Positions 1-10,918 of a DNA stretch of 64,000 nucleotides are shown here, piece after piece (positions within the stretch are counted from its first letter, which is position 1; the number at the start of each line of letters is the position of its first letter). Source of the DNA: Yuukianura sp. NJ FZ-2021 (Eukaryota); contig CM102286.1 of NCBI GenBank assembly GCA_046563655.1, positions 4,154,001-4,218,000 of the forward strand, given 5' to 3'. Below the pieces are notes generated by a model. The model did not search any database, was not told where the DNA came from, and was given only the letters and a program-made list of their open reading frames with translations. The position numbers and the translations under genes are program-made.

Positions 1-1790
1 TAACTAAACAAAAGTTGGAATTCTTCCACACTGACGAACGATGTAAGCAAATAGAGCGAATCGAACATCAAGAGACTCAGCATCAGAAAAGTCGTAGAAG
101 TGCGCATTGTTCTGCGCATATATACAAGTACACTTAGACTATTAAACACTAGTCCAATTGTACACAATGTGTACACAAATGTTGTGTAGGAATAGTACAG
201 TAAATCCAATGTTTCCAGTGTTATGTCCATTGTGGACACTCCAAGTGCCTGGAGCAGTTTGATTATCCTGGTCAACTGATCAACCTTGAAAACGTTAACT
301 TCATAAGTCCAACCATTTTCGGTTCTGCTAAATAAAACTTGTTTCCCGCCAGCATAGATGTCTTCTGGAAGTGACACGTTCAAATAATTTTGAATTTGGC
401 GCTGAAATTCGTTTCGAGTCCGCCGCCTTACGTCAGGTACAATGCTAACATGGAGCCTTTGCAGTTGTTGTACCACTTTATCCAAAACTCCCGGGCGTAA
501 AACGTCATCAATTGAGAGGAGTAGGTTGTGTACATTTGGAAATAATTTCAGAAAATTTGGAATGATCTTATGAAATCCTTTACAATTCCACAGACCAAGT
601 GAACCCAACATTGGAAATGGACGTATGTTGTGCACAGAAACGTCAATTTTTGATAGAATCAAAGCTTCTAAGGATGTTGGCAGCGAGTCCAGCACTACAC
701 TAGGACAAATGCCTTCGAAGAAGTGACAACCAATGGACAGGATTGAAAGATTTCCCAACTGTTTGATGTCTTCTACATCTGAATTCCAGAAATACATGTG
801 GTCGAGCCACAAAGTTTGAAAGTTTTCAGAAACCTTGAACTGCTTGATGTCAACATCACCGTAGGTCATGTTCAAAACAACCAGATTCGGAAATAGAACA
901 GGATTCAGCGTTGACGTCCATCGTAAACTGAGGCGCCAACTAGTGAATTGCTCAAGCGTTCTATTTGGCAGTATCGAAATGTCAATTGCTTCATCTTGTA
1001 GCAAACTCACTTTCAGCTTTGTTGCAACTTTTGTTGTTTTCAAAATGTCCGCAACTTTTCCATTTAAATATTCATTGTTGTCTAAATCCACGTCAATCAT
1101 GGATCCCATCTTCAGCTGACGCACGTCCAATAAGCAGTAATACGCCGAAAATTTTGTAAAGTCAGACCAGATTCCAAAAATTAGTTTCCAGACACTCTGG
1201 TCCTTGATGTCAACTGCGTCAATTTCGGAATTGGTAAATTTCAACCTACCTTCCGTCGTATTTCCAGCAATTGAAAAGTTGACGTTTCTCAGTTCGGACA
1301 AACCGTTGCTTGTGATGGAAGTTTTGTAAAAGAAGATGATTGATTTCAATGATTTTACGGAATTCCAGTTTGAAGTTTTTAAAGTCGGGTTCAGTTGAAA
1401 TTCAAAGACGTTCAAATTTGGCAAGTAGACTTTCTTTGCCCGTGTTTTAGAATTTGAATCTGAGTCCCAGATGATATTTTGCAAATACACGGATTGCAAA
1501 TTTTGACAGTTCTGGAGAATATTCAGAAGCGTCTTTCGGTTGACCGTGGCGTATTTGACCTTAAACGTCGTCCATGTACAAAGGTTATGAAATATTCCAT
1601 CGCTTGTCAAGGTCTTTAGGTGTGTTGAATTTCCTTCAAGTTTGTATTCACTCTCCTAAGGAATTTGAGAACAAAATTTTGTTAACAAATTGGTAAGACG
1701 AATTGATATAATGTTAAAAAAACTTACAGACTGGAGGATTTCCCCTGAAGAAAATGTTAGGAATAACAGTAACAATTGAACACAACCCAT
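1..1790 (-). CDS. Signal peptide + ~500-aa degenerate LRR-like ectodomain + class A (FMRFamide-receptor-like) GPCR; 3' end lies outside the window
   Basis: Exon 1 is 1790-1728 (MGCVQLLLLFLTFSSGEILQS, gtaag donor). Exon 2 starts at 1655 (ttccttag acceptor) and I read it as stop-free down to base 3. It contains LRR-like segments (LLNILQNCQNLQSVYL, LPNLNVFEF, LFPNLVVLNM, LGNLSILSIGC, LPTSLEALIL, LFPNVHNLLL), then TM1-ICL1-TM2: FVYTLCTIGLVFNSLSVLVYMRRTMRTSTTFLMLSLLMFDSLYLL. Confidence 0.8.
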
Positions 1791-2080
1791 TTTCGTAAAG
1801 TTTTTCAATTTATAAGAAAATGTGTCGATATATGACTTGAATTATTGGTGAAAATGTAAAGTGTAATGAAGCTTTTTTGACCGTGAAGTAAACTTGTAGT
1901 TAATTTTTTATTTCAATTCATAATGAAGTTTTAAATTAACTACACTGTAGTTCCGCCTTGGAGGTTGAATTTCTGCGGTAAATTTTTTCAAGGAAATCCA
2001 CACTTTTTTACATTTTTTGTCACTTTGGAAAGTTGTAGGGCGTTATTTTTGGGAAGTTGGTAAATTTGTCTTGTTGACAT

Positions 2081-2366
2081 TGAAACTTCTTCGCTTTTTG
2101 AAAGTTAGTTCAGATTTTGGAAAATCAGACCATCAGATGTGTAAATATATTTTTCAGAAAACGAAATATTTAATATTTTAAATCAAAGCACAATTTTGGT
2201 ATTCAGTTGAAGAATGTTCCTTCCAATGATATAAGGCTTTGTCCCTTGATACAAATGCTTTCACCTTCATGCGTCACGTGAACGTCTCCAGATCTTGGGG
2301 ATGCAAATCTGCTCAGCATTTGTTTATGTTCAGTTCCCAATTTGTTACTCCAATATGGCGCTAGCA
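2081..2366 (-). pseudogene. Duplicated 3' fragment (last ~55 codons plus 3' flank) of the PhzF-family gene
   Basis: Near-identical to about 4043-4332. Similarity breaks down after ...caatatggcgctagcat and no upstream exons are present. Confidence 0.85.
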
Positions 2367-2439
2367 TTTAACACGCAGTTTCATTTCACTCAAGTGAGGG
2401 TACCAGGGGTATGTGAGATGGAGGAGGAGTTGATATTCA

Positions 2440-2600
2440 AGTTCCGGTTCCAGATCCGGAACTTTTACGGTTCCAGTTCCGTTCCCGGATCCGTTTCCTA
2501 AATATTTGGAACCGGAACTTATATTTCGGAATCGGTTCGGATCCAGTTCCATTGTATGATGGAACCGGTTCTTCCAGCATTTGGAACTGGAATCAGTTAA
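2440..2600. repeat. Degenerate short-repeat/palindrome array (ggaaccgg / ccggttcc), probable transposon relic
   Basis: Repeated gttccggttcc, ggaaccggaac, ggatcc and ggaaccggttc units in both orientations next to the PhzF fragment breakpoint. Confidence 0.5.
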
Positions 2601-2954
2601 CTTCATTATCGCCAAATTCAAACAGGAAATTTTGCTTAAAAAGCTGGTATGCATCACCAAAACAATTTAACGAAAAATGAATTGACCAGCAGTGGTTTAT
2701 AAGTCCCGTTGGCTGAACCCAAAAAATTTAACTGGAGTTTAAGTTCGAGTTTAAACTCATCGTCAGTTTAAATTTAACCTGCAATGGACGAACCGGGCAT
2801 AAGCATTGAATAAATCCGAAGTCAGGAAGGCGTAAAACTTTCCATAGAAACTTTTCCCATTTTTTTTAATCACGTTACGTCAGTGACCTACATTTTAGTT
2901 TAAATAAACTGAAATCAGTCACGCACTGCTAACGTATCACTGTATCACTTTTTA

Positions 2955-3536
2955 TCAGAACGGTTTTTTGGTTCCAAGGATAGAATTACAGTTCGGACAT
3001 TTGTGTTCCACGTTTTGACAACAGCAAAGAGCACAGCAGCCACACCTTCAAAAACAGTTTAATTTAGAATAACAATTGGTCAAATAATTTATGGAGTTAA
3101 GATGATTACAATATTGATAAGATGAGTAAGCTTTAGATTGTACGGAATACTTTATTTTGTTAAAATTTTACCAAAAATAATTTTGGTTAACGAAAAGGCT
3201 AAATTACCATTTAAATTTTTTTGGCTTACAGTATACAGCAAATCGGATTACACGAAGATTTTGTGGAAGTCTGTATATGCGCTCTGCAAACGTTGCATTG
3301 CAGGTTCATCGGGGAATCAGTGAATTTGTCCGGGAGCCGAATAACAGGTTGCCCTCCTAGATTTTTATAATTAAATAAAGTTTCACATTGCAAAAGTATT
3401 CAAATCTAAAAAAAAATTCTGACTTAAGTCAACTATGTTTCAAACAATGTAGTAGGGAAATTAAGTAAAAATTGAAGTGGTCTGTTTTCAATATTTTACC
3501 CATTGGTTGTAGGTGGTGTACGTAAGGTGCTGTCAT
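2955..3536 (-). CDS. Small LITAF-domain (zinc-ribbon) protein, 84 aa, 3 exons
   Basis: Exons 3536-3500, 3356-3230 and 3045-2955 have GT-AG introns in compatible phases. Product: MTAPYVHHLQPMGGQPVIRLPDKFTDSPMNLQCNVCRAHIQTSTKSSCNPICCILCGCCALCCCQNVEHKCPNCNSILGTKKPF, with the LITAF CxxC...HxCxxC..LG pattern. Confidence 0.85.
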
Positions 3537-4167
3537 TCCAATTTATAGTAAGTTGTGTCAAATCTTACAATGAAAACAGAATCAAGATAATATAATAAAA
3601 CTTTCTTTCAAAATCCAACAGTTTTGTTAATTTAATTGTAAATTTAACTCCAGTTTGGTTTAATTTTAAATATGAGAGCTTCACATTCAATAAGTAGGCT
3701 AAATGTCGCCCCAAATGCGTCGCATTTGTATCGAACAGTTAGTTATCATAAAGGCTAAAGATTAAAGATTACTCTGGGAAAAATTAAAAGCAAACATTTC
3801 GATTAACTTTGCAACTCATATAATCTCCGGCTTCGTTTTCAACAGATATAAAAAAGCTGCATACATTAATCAAATCTTATCATCCCATTGTTACACACAA
3901 TTCCTTTTATTCACTCATTTTACAGAATCACATCAACTTTGCGACCAAAAAACGATATGAGACAAAAATTATATTCAGCTACTAGCATTACGCCAAGTAA
4001 TTTTGCCAAATCAATTTGTAATTTGGAAACTTTTGTTGAAACTGAAACTTCTTCGCTTTTTGAAAGTTAGTTCACATTTTGACCATTTGATGTGCAAAAT
4101 AATTTCCACAAAACGAAGTTAATCATTTAAATATTTAATATTTTAAATCAAAGCACAATTGTGGTAT

Positions 4168-5239
4168 TCAGTTGAAGAATGTTCCTTCCAATGATATAAG
4201 ACTTTGTCCCTTGATACAAATGCTATCACCGTCATGCGTAACGTGAACGTCTCCAGATCTTGGGGATGCAAATCTGCTCAGCATTTGCTTATGTTCAGTT
4301 CCCAATTTGTTACTCCAATATGGCGCTAGCATCTGATGTAACGATCCACAAGTTTCATCCTCATTTATGTCAACCCATGGAGCAAAGAATCGAGAATAGA
4401 ACGTCGGTAATTGATTTCCTGTCTGATTGTTCTGAACTGTCACTCCAAGGCCAAATACGTCCAAAGATTCTGGAACAGCTTCCACCATCCCTTTGAAATC
4501 AGGACGAAGACTCCAAAGAAGTTCTTCAGAGGTACAATCCGGAGATGCCTTCAAGACTATAAGAATTTTCTGGGCAAGGGCGGAGTAAAGTACAACTTCA
4601 ACCAATGATTGGATAGACTCCGATCCATGACCGAATACCGTCTGGAGCAATCCTGTCACCCATGGATTCTGTTCTAGATTAACAGGTTGTCCAGGAAACG
4701 CGGGCAGTTTGATGGAAATGAGGCCACGCTCCTTGTCGTAGTTCAATTCCAAGTTAAGTCCTATACGGATCTGAAAGATGATGGTTGTTAGTTCTGGATT
4801 TAGTTTGGAAAAGACGATGGTTGCTGCCGCTAGAGCTCCGTGACCACAAATAGTCAGTTCCTTGTTAACTGAAAACCAGCTAATGGTGAACTTAGCGCCG
4901 CTTGCGCAACTGTCGTCAGTTGCGTTCCATCCGCGACTGACGAAAACCGTCACCGGTTGGTTCACTTCTACTGCAATTTCACGTTTTCTTTTGTCATCAA
5001 TGTCATCCTTAAAATGAAAAAAGAATTGAAACATATGTAATTAAAATGTATAACAAATGTATGTAATATATTTGAAAAATGTATATTTGTTGCACTTCTA
5101 CGGGACAAAGTTAAAAATTTATCAAAAATAGATTTCATACGTCGCGGTTAAGAATAACTACTGCCGCAGGATTTCCAGTGACATCCTTCCTGTTTTTGGT
5201 TCTCGTAAACGCATCAACAAAGTACACTGGAAAATTCAT
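4168..5239 (-). CDS. PhzF/PBLD-family (DAP-epimerase fold) isomerase-like protein, 2 exons
   Basis: Exon 1 is 5239-5141 (MNFPVYFVDAFT...GNPAAVV). Exon 2 is 5007-4168 and contains ELTICGHGALAA, SRFFAPWVDINEDETCGSLH, LAPYWS and ASPRSG. Confidence 0.9.
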
Positions 5240-5915
5240 TTTTAACAACAGGTTGTACGGATCAGCGAAAAACAATAGTACCGAAATTCAACCCTCTTGG
5301 AATCAACACTGCTCCAGAGTTCCACTTATTCTTAGCTTTAATAGCTTACTAAAAATTCTGTCTGTCTGATAACTTCTATCTTCTGAGCAACTAGGCGTTG
5401 AAGGTGACCTTGAACTTTCCGAGCAGATACACGGATGAATTAAAATGTGATTCCATGTCAGGTCATCTCAAACACTGTAAATGATCGCTTGACAACTCGT
5501 TCCAAACTTGTGACGCATTCAGCGTCCTTGCCATATGTCGGAAAGAAAGTTTCGAAATTTTGACCTCTTTGACTTTGAAACATATTTGTGAGTCTAGTTT
5601 GAAATTTCAGCTTCTTATTTTTTTAATAATAAATGTATATACTTCATTGTAACAAATTCCTAATTTCCTAAAATACTTTTTGGTTAAAAACGAAAATCAC
5701 GTTTTATTCAACGTTAAGCTAGTTTTGAGTAGATTTCAAAGTGGAATGTTGACTTAAGAGTCATTTTGTCCAAGTAGTTACAACTTTTGTGTTAGAAGTA
5801 AAATTATCAGTAGGAACGTTGTCTTTGCAGTTGAATTCGTTGAAACATTTTTTGAAACCACGAGAATTTTATTTATTTTTTTCTAGATATGTTATGATCG
5901 AAAAACAAAAATATT

Positions 5916-6317
5916 TTAGAAATATTTCGGGCGAACAGTAACGCAGTGGTAGTGACAGCCTTCAGAATAGTCCTCACAACAGACTTGATTTGGTGAGCAC
6001 GAATTGTATTGACATGAACTGATGACACATCTCACCGTTGCGTTGTACGTCGGACATTCGTCAACGCAAATTTCGGCTCCGCACTTATCTGGATCAGCGC
6101 AACAAAACTTGGACTTGTCTGTGCACGGTCCGGGCGAGCAAACTTTCTTTAGGCAGAGGTACGGCCGATTGATTTTTGGGCAAGAGCGGATTATATCCTC
6201 TTCTATAAATTACAGTTTAAAGAAATTGTTTTAAAAAAAATTAATTTCACTCTCATCATCGTCAGTAAGATATTGGGAAGAAAACAAAACTAACGCAAAG
6301 CTTATCCTGCTTCCCAT
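5916..6317 (-). CDS. Double-WAP-like cysteine-rich peptide, copy 1
   Basis: Exons 6317-6251 and 6202-5916. Product includes ...RSCPKINRPYLCLKKVCSPGPCTDKSKFCCADPDKCGAEICVDECPTYNATVRCVISSCQYNSCSPNQVCCEDYSEGCHYHCVTVRPKYF, two 8-Cys repeats. The signal peptide is weak. Confidence 0.8.
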
Positions 6318-7013
6318 AAATTTTAGCTTAACATTTAAAATTTACTATAATCATGTAATTAAGAAATGAAATTCTACTTGCTTCTGTTAATGTCCTTCTG
6401 TTGCACACTGACAGTAGCAAAAAACGCCAACAGCATCCAGAAAATTGCAGTGGAAGACATTTTGGAAAAACTGTTTCTTCGTTTCTTACTTTTCTGATTT
6501 GAAATCTCCTTCTATCGCGCGGTTTTATGGGACAACTGACCATGAAGATGCAAGTAGGAATGTTTTCTCCATTTACATGCACATGTACCTGTCACAAGAA
6601 TTAGGACTCTCCAGTAAACTAAATTCCATGCACGAGTTTCGTCGAAGGTTCCAAAACTTGAGGCCGAATTTCTAATTTAAATTATTAATGTTTCTGAAGG
6701 ATTTTGTTTAAATCAAAGTCTAAAACCACGTTTGGTTTCAGAGAAATTAAATGTTGAAAACATTCGGCCTTAGGCTGTCTTTGGATTTGAGGCTGCTCGA
6801 CATTTTTTGAGCAGCTTCCTTGAGCAGGAGTTGATCAATTGAGGCTGTGATGAAAACTGTTTTGACGAATTAATTCAATTTTGTTCCCAATTTCCGTGTC
6901 AAGAGCCAATAACTTTTTCAAATCTATATTTGACATTTTTTATTATAATTAAAATTTCCTTTTTATTCAAAGATATTCTTCGTTTAAAATTGAAAACCCA
7001 AAAGCCTATACAA

Positions 7014-7477
7014 TCATACTGGCCTAACGGTGATGCAGCGATAGTCACATCCAGTGGAATAGTCTTCGCAACATGTTTGATTTTCTGAGCAAGTATTTGT
7101 TGTGCATGGACTAACGATGTTTCGACAGGTTCCCATTTTGTACTGTGGACATTTGTCAATACAAAGAGAACCACAGCCACCCTTCGGATCAGCACAACAA
7201 TATTGGGAGTCTGGGCAAGCTCCATCCAGACATATTCGCATGAAGCAAGTAAACTTTGACGGTGGCCTTACAGGACAAGAACGTGTCACATCCTCTTCTG
7301 CAATAAATAGATTCAATTAGAACAATTTATGAAAATCACTTTAAGTTCATCACTCGTTCACAAACAAAACTTGGATTTTAATCTAAAATTCAACTTACTC
7401 CTTGCACATCTCCCTTGATGTATACCGGTAGCAACAATGATCAGCAACACAGTCCAAAAAATTGGCTTCGAAAACAT
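7014..7477 (-). CDS. Secreted double-WAP-like cysteine-rich peptide, copy 2
   Basis: Exon 1 is 7477-7399 (MFSKPIFWTVLLIIVATGIHQGRCAR). Exon 2 is 7297-7014 with 2 x 8 Cys in a CP..C..C..C..CC..C..C pattern. Confidence 0.88.
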
Positions 7478-7841
7478 GGTCGAAGGCTACTTTTGGAGAA
7501 TGAATTGCCTGTTTGCACTGCGTCGAACTTTTCGACACACAGAAATGAATTTCAATGAGTTCTCTAATTTACGAAGTCGTTAAGTGTAATTAAAAACAAA
7601 CGCTTCTATTGTCGAAAGTGTGGGGAATGCATATCCTAGTGTTCAAGGATAATTCCAAAATTTCAATAAAAATCAGTTTGTTAGCACCCAGGGCATATCA
7701 ATGTCGATGCATCCAAAATGTCCCAAGATTTGTAAATCAACCGAAAACAAAAATTTGGAGTGTAATTTATTTCGCACACCGACAAATTAAGTTAGTTATT
7801 ATTTAATTCATTGAAATATTTTAAAGTTATCTTTTCCAAAT

Positions 7842-8282
7842 TCAGGGTTGCACAATTATGCAGCGATAGTTACAACCTCTCCGATAGTCAGCGCAACAAA
7901 CTTGGCCCGGTGCGCAGCGATTGTTTCTGCACGGACTTACTTTGCACAGAGACCTAACTTTGTAAGCTGGACATTTGTCAACGCAAACTTGACCACACAT
8001 ATCTGAATTAGCACAACAAAATTGGGATTCTGAACAGGCGTTATCCAAACAAATCTGAACGTCACAATTAAATGGCGGTGGTGTGCCAGTGCGATTTGAT
8101 TTTGGGCATGAACGGAAACGAACACGACCCCGCCCTAAAAGGTTTACATGAAAATTAGTTCAGTTAACTTCTAAATTCTACCGATTCAGTAACTCTAACT
8201 TACTCTTTCTGCAATTGACGTCCTCAAACTTTGCAAGAATCAAAACCAGTAACAGAGTCAAGAAAATTGTTTTTGATGACAT
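7842..8282 (-). CDS. Secreted double-WAP-like cysteine-rich peptide, copy 3
   Basis: Exon 1 is 8282-8204 (MSSKTIFLTLLLVLILAKFEDVNCRK). Exon 2 is 8134-7842 (RRGRVRFRSCPKSNR...), 2 x 8 Cys, with the same phase-1 intron as the paralogues. Confidence 0.88.
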
Positions 8283-8909
8283 TTTTTTTATAATAAGTTC
8301 GCCTAAACTTTTTTTTTACTTTTTCACTTAACTATTCTTTGGCTTGTTTGCCGTACTTGGATTTAAAATTTTAATTCACCCCTTTCTTGGCTGGTTTTTG
8401 AAGCTGCCGTGAAATTAGGACACTTTTCATTGTCTAAATTGACAGTCAGTCGGAGTGAGATTTTAATTTCGTTCTACTTCTAGTTACCTCCTTCAATTGT
8501 CAATGAAGTTACGTCAATTCCGCTTTCATGAAGTAGTACAACTGCTAACTCTTTGGACTTACTTAGTTTCATTTTTGAGATATAATGAAATATATTTCGT
8601 ACCTAAAATTTTGGTTTAATGTGAAACTGCTAACTTCCAGGAATACCTAAAATTCATTACATAATATTACTAATTTTCAAATTAAATGCGTGTAGGTTTA
8701 CTGAATTCAAAGTATGCTGCTGCTGAATTATAATCTATTCTTATATCTAATTTATAATAATTCGTATACTAATATATTCTTCTGAAGCTTATTTGTGTTA
8801 GTAACTTTCAAGCTATTCCGGAATTAGTCAGCAATTAAACTTTTAAATTCTGATGTTAAAGTCGATAAATATACAACAGTTTTGATGACTAAATAGGTTA
8901 GATTAATAT

Positions 8910-9360
8910 TCACGGTTTAACAACGATGCACCGATAGTTACATCCCCTTGAATAGTTTTCGCAACAAACTTGACCTGCTGCGCATGGATTAGATTGGCAC
9001 GGACTGACGAAACATTGGTACCTCGTTTTATACGTTGGGCATTTGTTAACGCAAATTTGCCCACACTCGTTTGGATTAGCACAACAAAATTGGGACTCCG
9101 GGCAAGCGTTGTCCAGACAAATCCGAAATAAGCATTTAAATGGTACTGTTGAGGTACGATTTGACTTTGGACATGAACGCACCCGAACACGACCCCTCTC
9201 TAAAACAAAAGTTAAGGTTAGCTAACTTTTGATTATCGAATTTAGTCACGCTCAAATCGTTAATTCACTTTAGCTTACTTTTTCCTTTGCAATTGCTGTC
9301 TTGAAAGTTTGCCACAACAAAAAGCAGCAGCATCGTCCAGAAAATTAACTTGGATGACAT
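8910..9360 (-). CDS. Secreted double-WAP-like cysteine-rich peptide, copy 4
   Basis: Exon 1 is 9360-9279 (MSSKLIFWTMLLLFVVANFQDSNCKGK). Exon 2 is 9199-8910 (KRGRVRVRSCPKSNR...), 2 x 8 Cys. Confidence 0.88.
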
Positions 9361-9784
9361 TTTCGTTGAAGTCTTTAGAAAATCTCTACTTTGCCGGGAA
9401 CTCCATGGTTAAACTTGAATTTTCCCTCTTTCTTTGTGCTGCTTTTTCAACCTGCCGTCATATAAATTGGGACGCTTTGTCATTGTCTAAATATTTTGCG
9501 AAAACAATAAAAATGAAGACCTAATTCAATATTAACTCTACAGTGACCTAATCACGTCACTTAATCCTTTATTTAAAGAATAACACAGTCTTCAAATTCG
9601 ATTTGAAAAATTTCATGATAGTTTAACTAAAAATAATAATATGAAGCTTAAAGATGAAAACATTGTCTAATGGATATTTATATCGCTTAATGCTAAGAGA
9701 TTAGAAGTACAAGGAGTCAATTGGCGACATTTTGGTTCAACTTTGAATATTTTTATTGTAGCAGAGAGACTGGGTCAACTTTGT

Positions 9785-10918
9785 TCAAAAAATTGATCCA
9801 TATATTGTTATCACTGCCAGGAAAAGTTTTATACCGTTCGTAATTTTTAGAATACTCGAGGAACTAGTATATGCTTTAAACACAGGCATTACAACCAGTT
9901 TTTGTTTTGGGTACAGAACAAATGCCGTTTTTTGAATGTCTTCTTTATGAAACTGCCTTAGGATTCCAAGGGTACCCAAGTCATAGGATTCAGAATGAGC
10001 CCCAGTAGTTTCGTATCCAATGATGTCCAGAAGATCATATCCAGTTTGTACCGCCGGAATGTTCGGAGCACATCCCAAGGTCACATGAGCTTTGGAAGTG
10101 GATGGCTGGAAGTTTACTGGTTGATCCACAAAAGCAATTACCGGGTAATCTGGATCCGCTGCCCGTTTTTTCCGGATTTGAGTTCGTGATTCTTCTTTTT
10201 CAAATAGCGGTTCCTGGTCTGCCGTTAAATTTACACGGATTCCGTATGTTCGCGCGGTAAAGTAGAAGCCGATGAGGTGCGTCATAAAATGATTGCCCAA
10301 AGAGTCCTTAGCTGTTTTATAATACTCCGTACAATCAATTCCGCCGCCGCAGTACTTAGCTGTCACATGGTAAAACGGGTCGTGGTTTAGCGTATTGGGG
10401 TCCACGGGCTTGACGAAGTAATTGAACGGGTCACTTGCACCCACGTCCTTCAAAAATTCAACAACGCTTGGTATGGTGGAATACAATTTTCTGAAAATAT
10501 GATTGTCTGCGTAGTCTTCTAGGGTTGCTGCAGTCGGCTTAGACAGAAACCAGCCAAAGTACAAAACGTTTTGCAGCTCCGCACTTTCGGTTTCATTTCT
10601 CAAAACCTCCTTACTTTTGGTCTCGACAGAATTTGCGTAGAGCATGATGATGCTCACGAGAATCTAAACACAAAATTCATTTTTAAAAAAGTAAGATTTT
10701 GGTCTAATAGTTGTCTACTTTTTGCAGTGAAATTTTTGGCTTATTGAATTTTCAAAAGGAAGTCTGTATAGTTTACTTTTTGTGTCAAGTTGTATAATTA
10801 AAATATTGTTCCTCTTAAAACGACATGGTTAAAACAACAATTCCATCGTCACTGCATGAAAAAAAAAACTGTTAAAAAATTGTGACAAAATTTTGTTATA
10901 GTATACCACTTTCAACAT
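9785..10918 (-). CDS. 2',3'-cyclic-nucleotide 3'-phosphodiesterase (CNPase)-like 2H phosphoesterase with signal peptide and hydrophobic C-tail, copy A
   Basis: A 12-nt first coding exon 10918-10907 (MLKV) joins exon 10663-9785. Motifs LYFGWFL, YHVT, TARTYG and KAHVTLGCAPNIPAVQTGYDLLDI match the vertebrate CNPase catalytic domain. Confidence 0.9.

Noticed and set aside
868..1159. Plus-strand ORFs
   Set aside because: Antisense shadows of the long minus-strand receptor exon.
5405..5413. TGACCTTGA (Ftz-F1/ERR-type site) upstream of PhzF and CNPase A
   Set aside because: A short motif that is not kept intact in the other CNPase copies; cannot be distinguished from chance.
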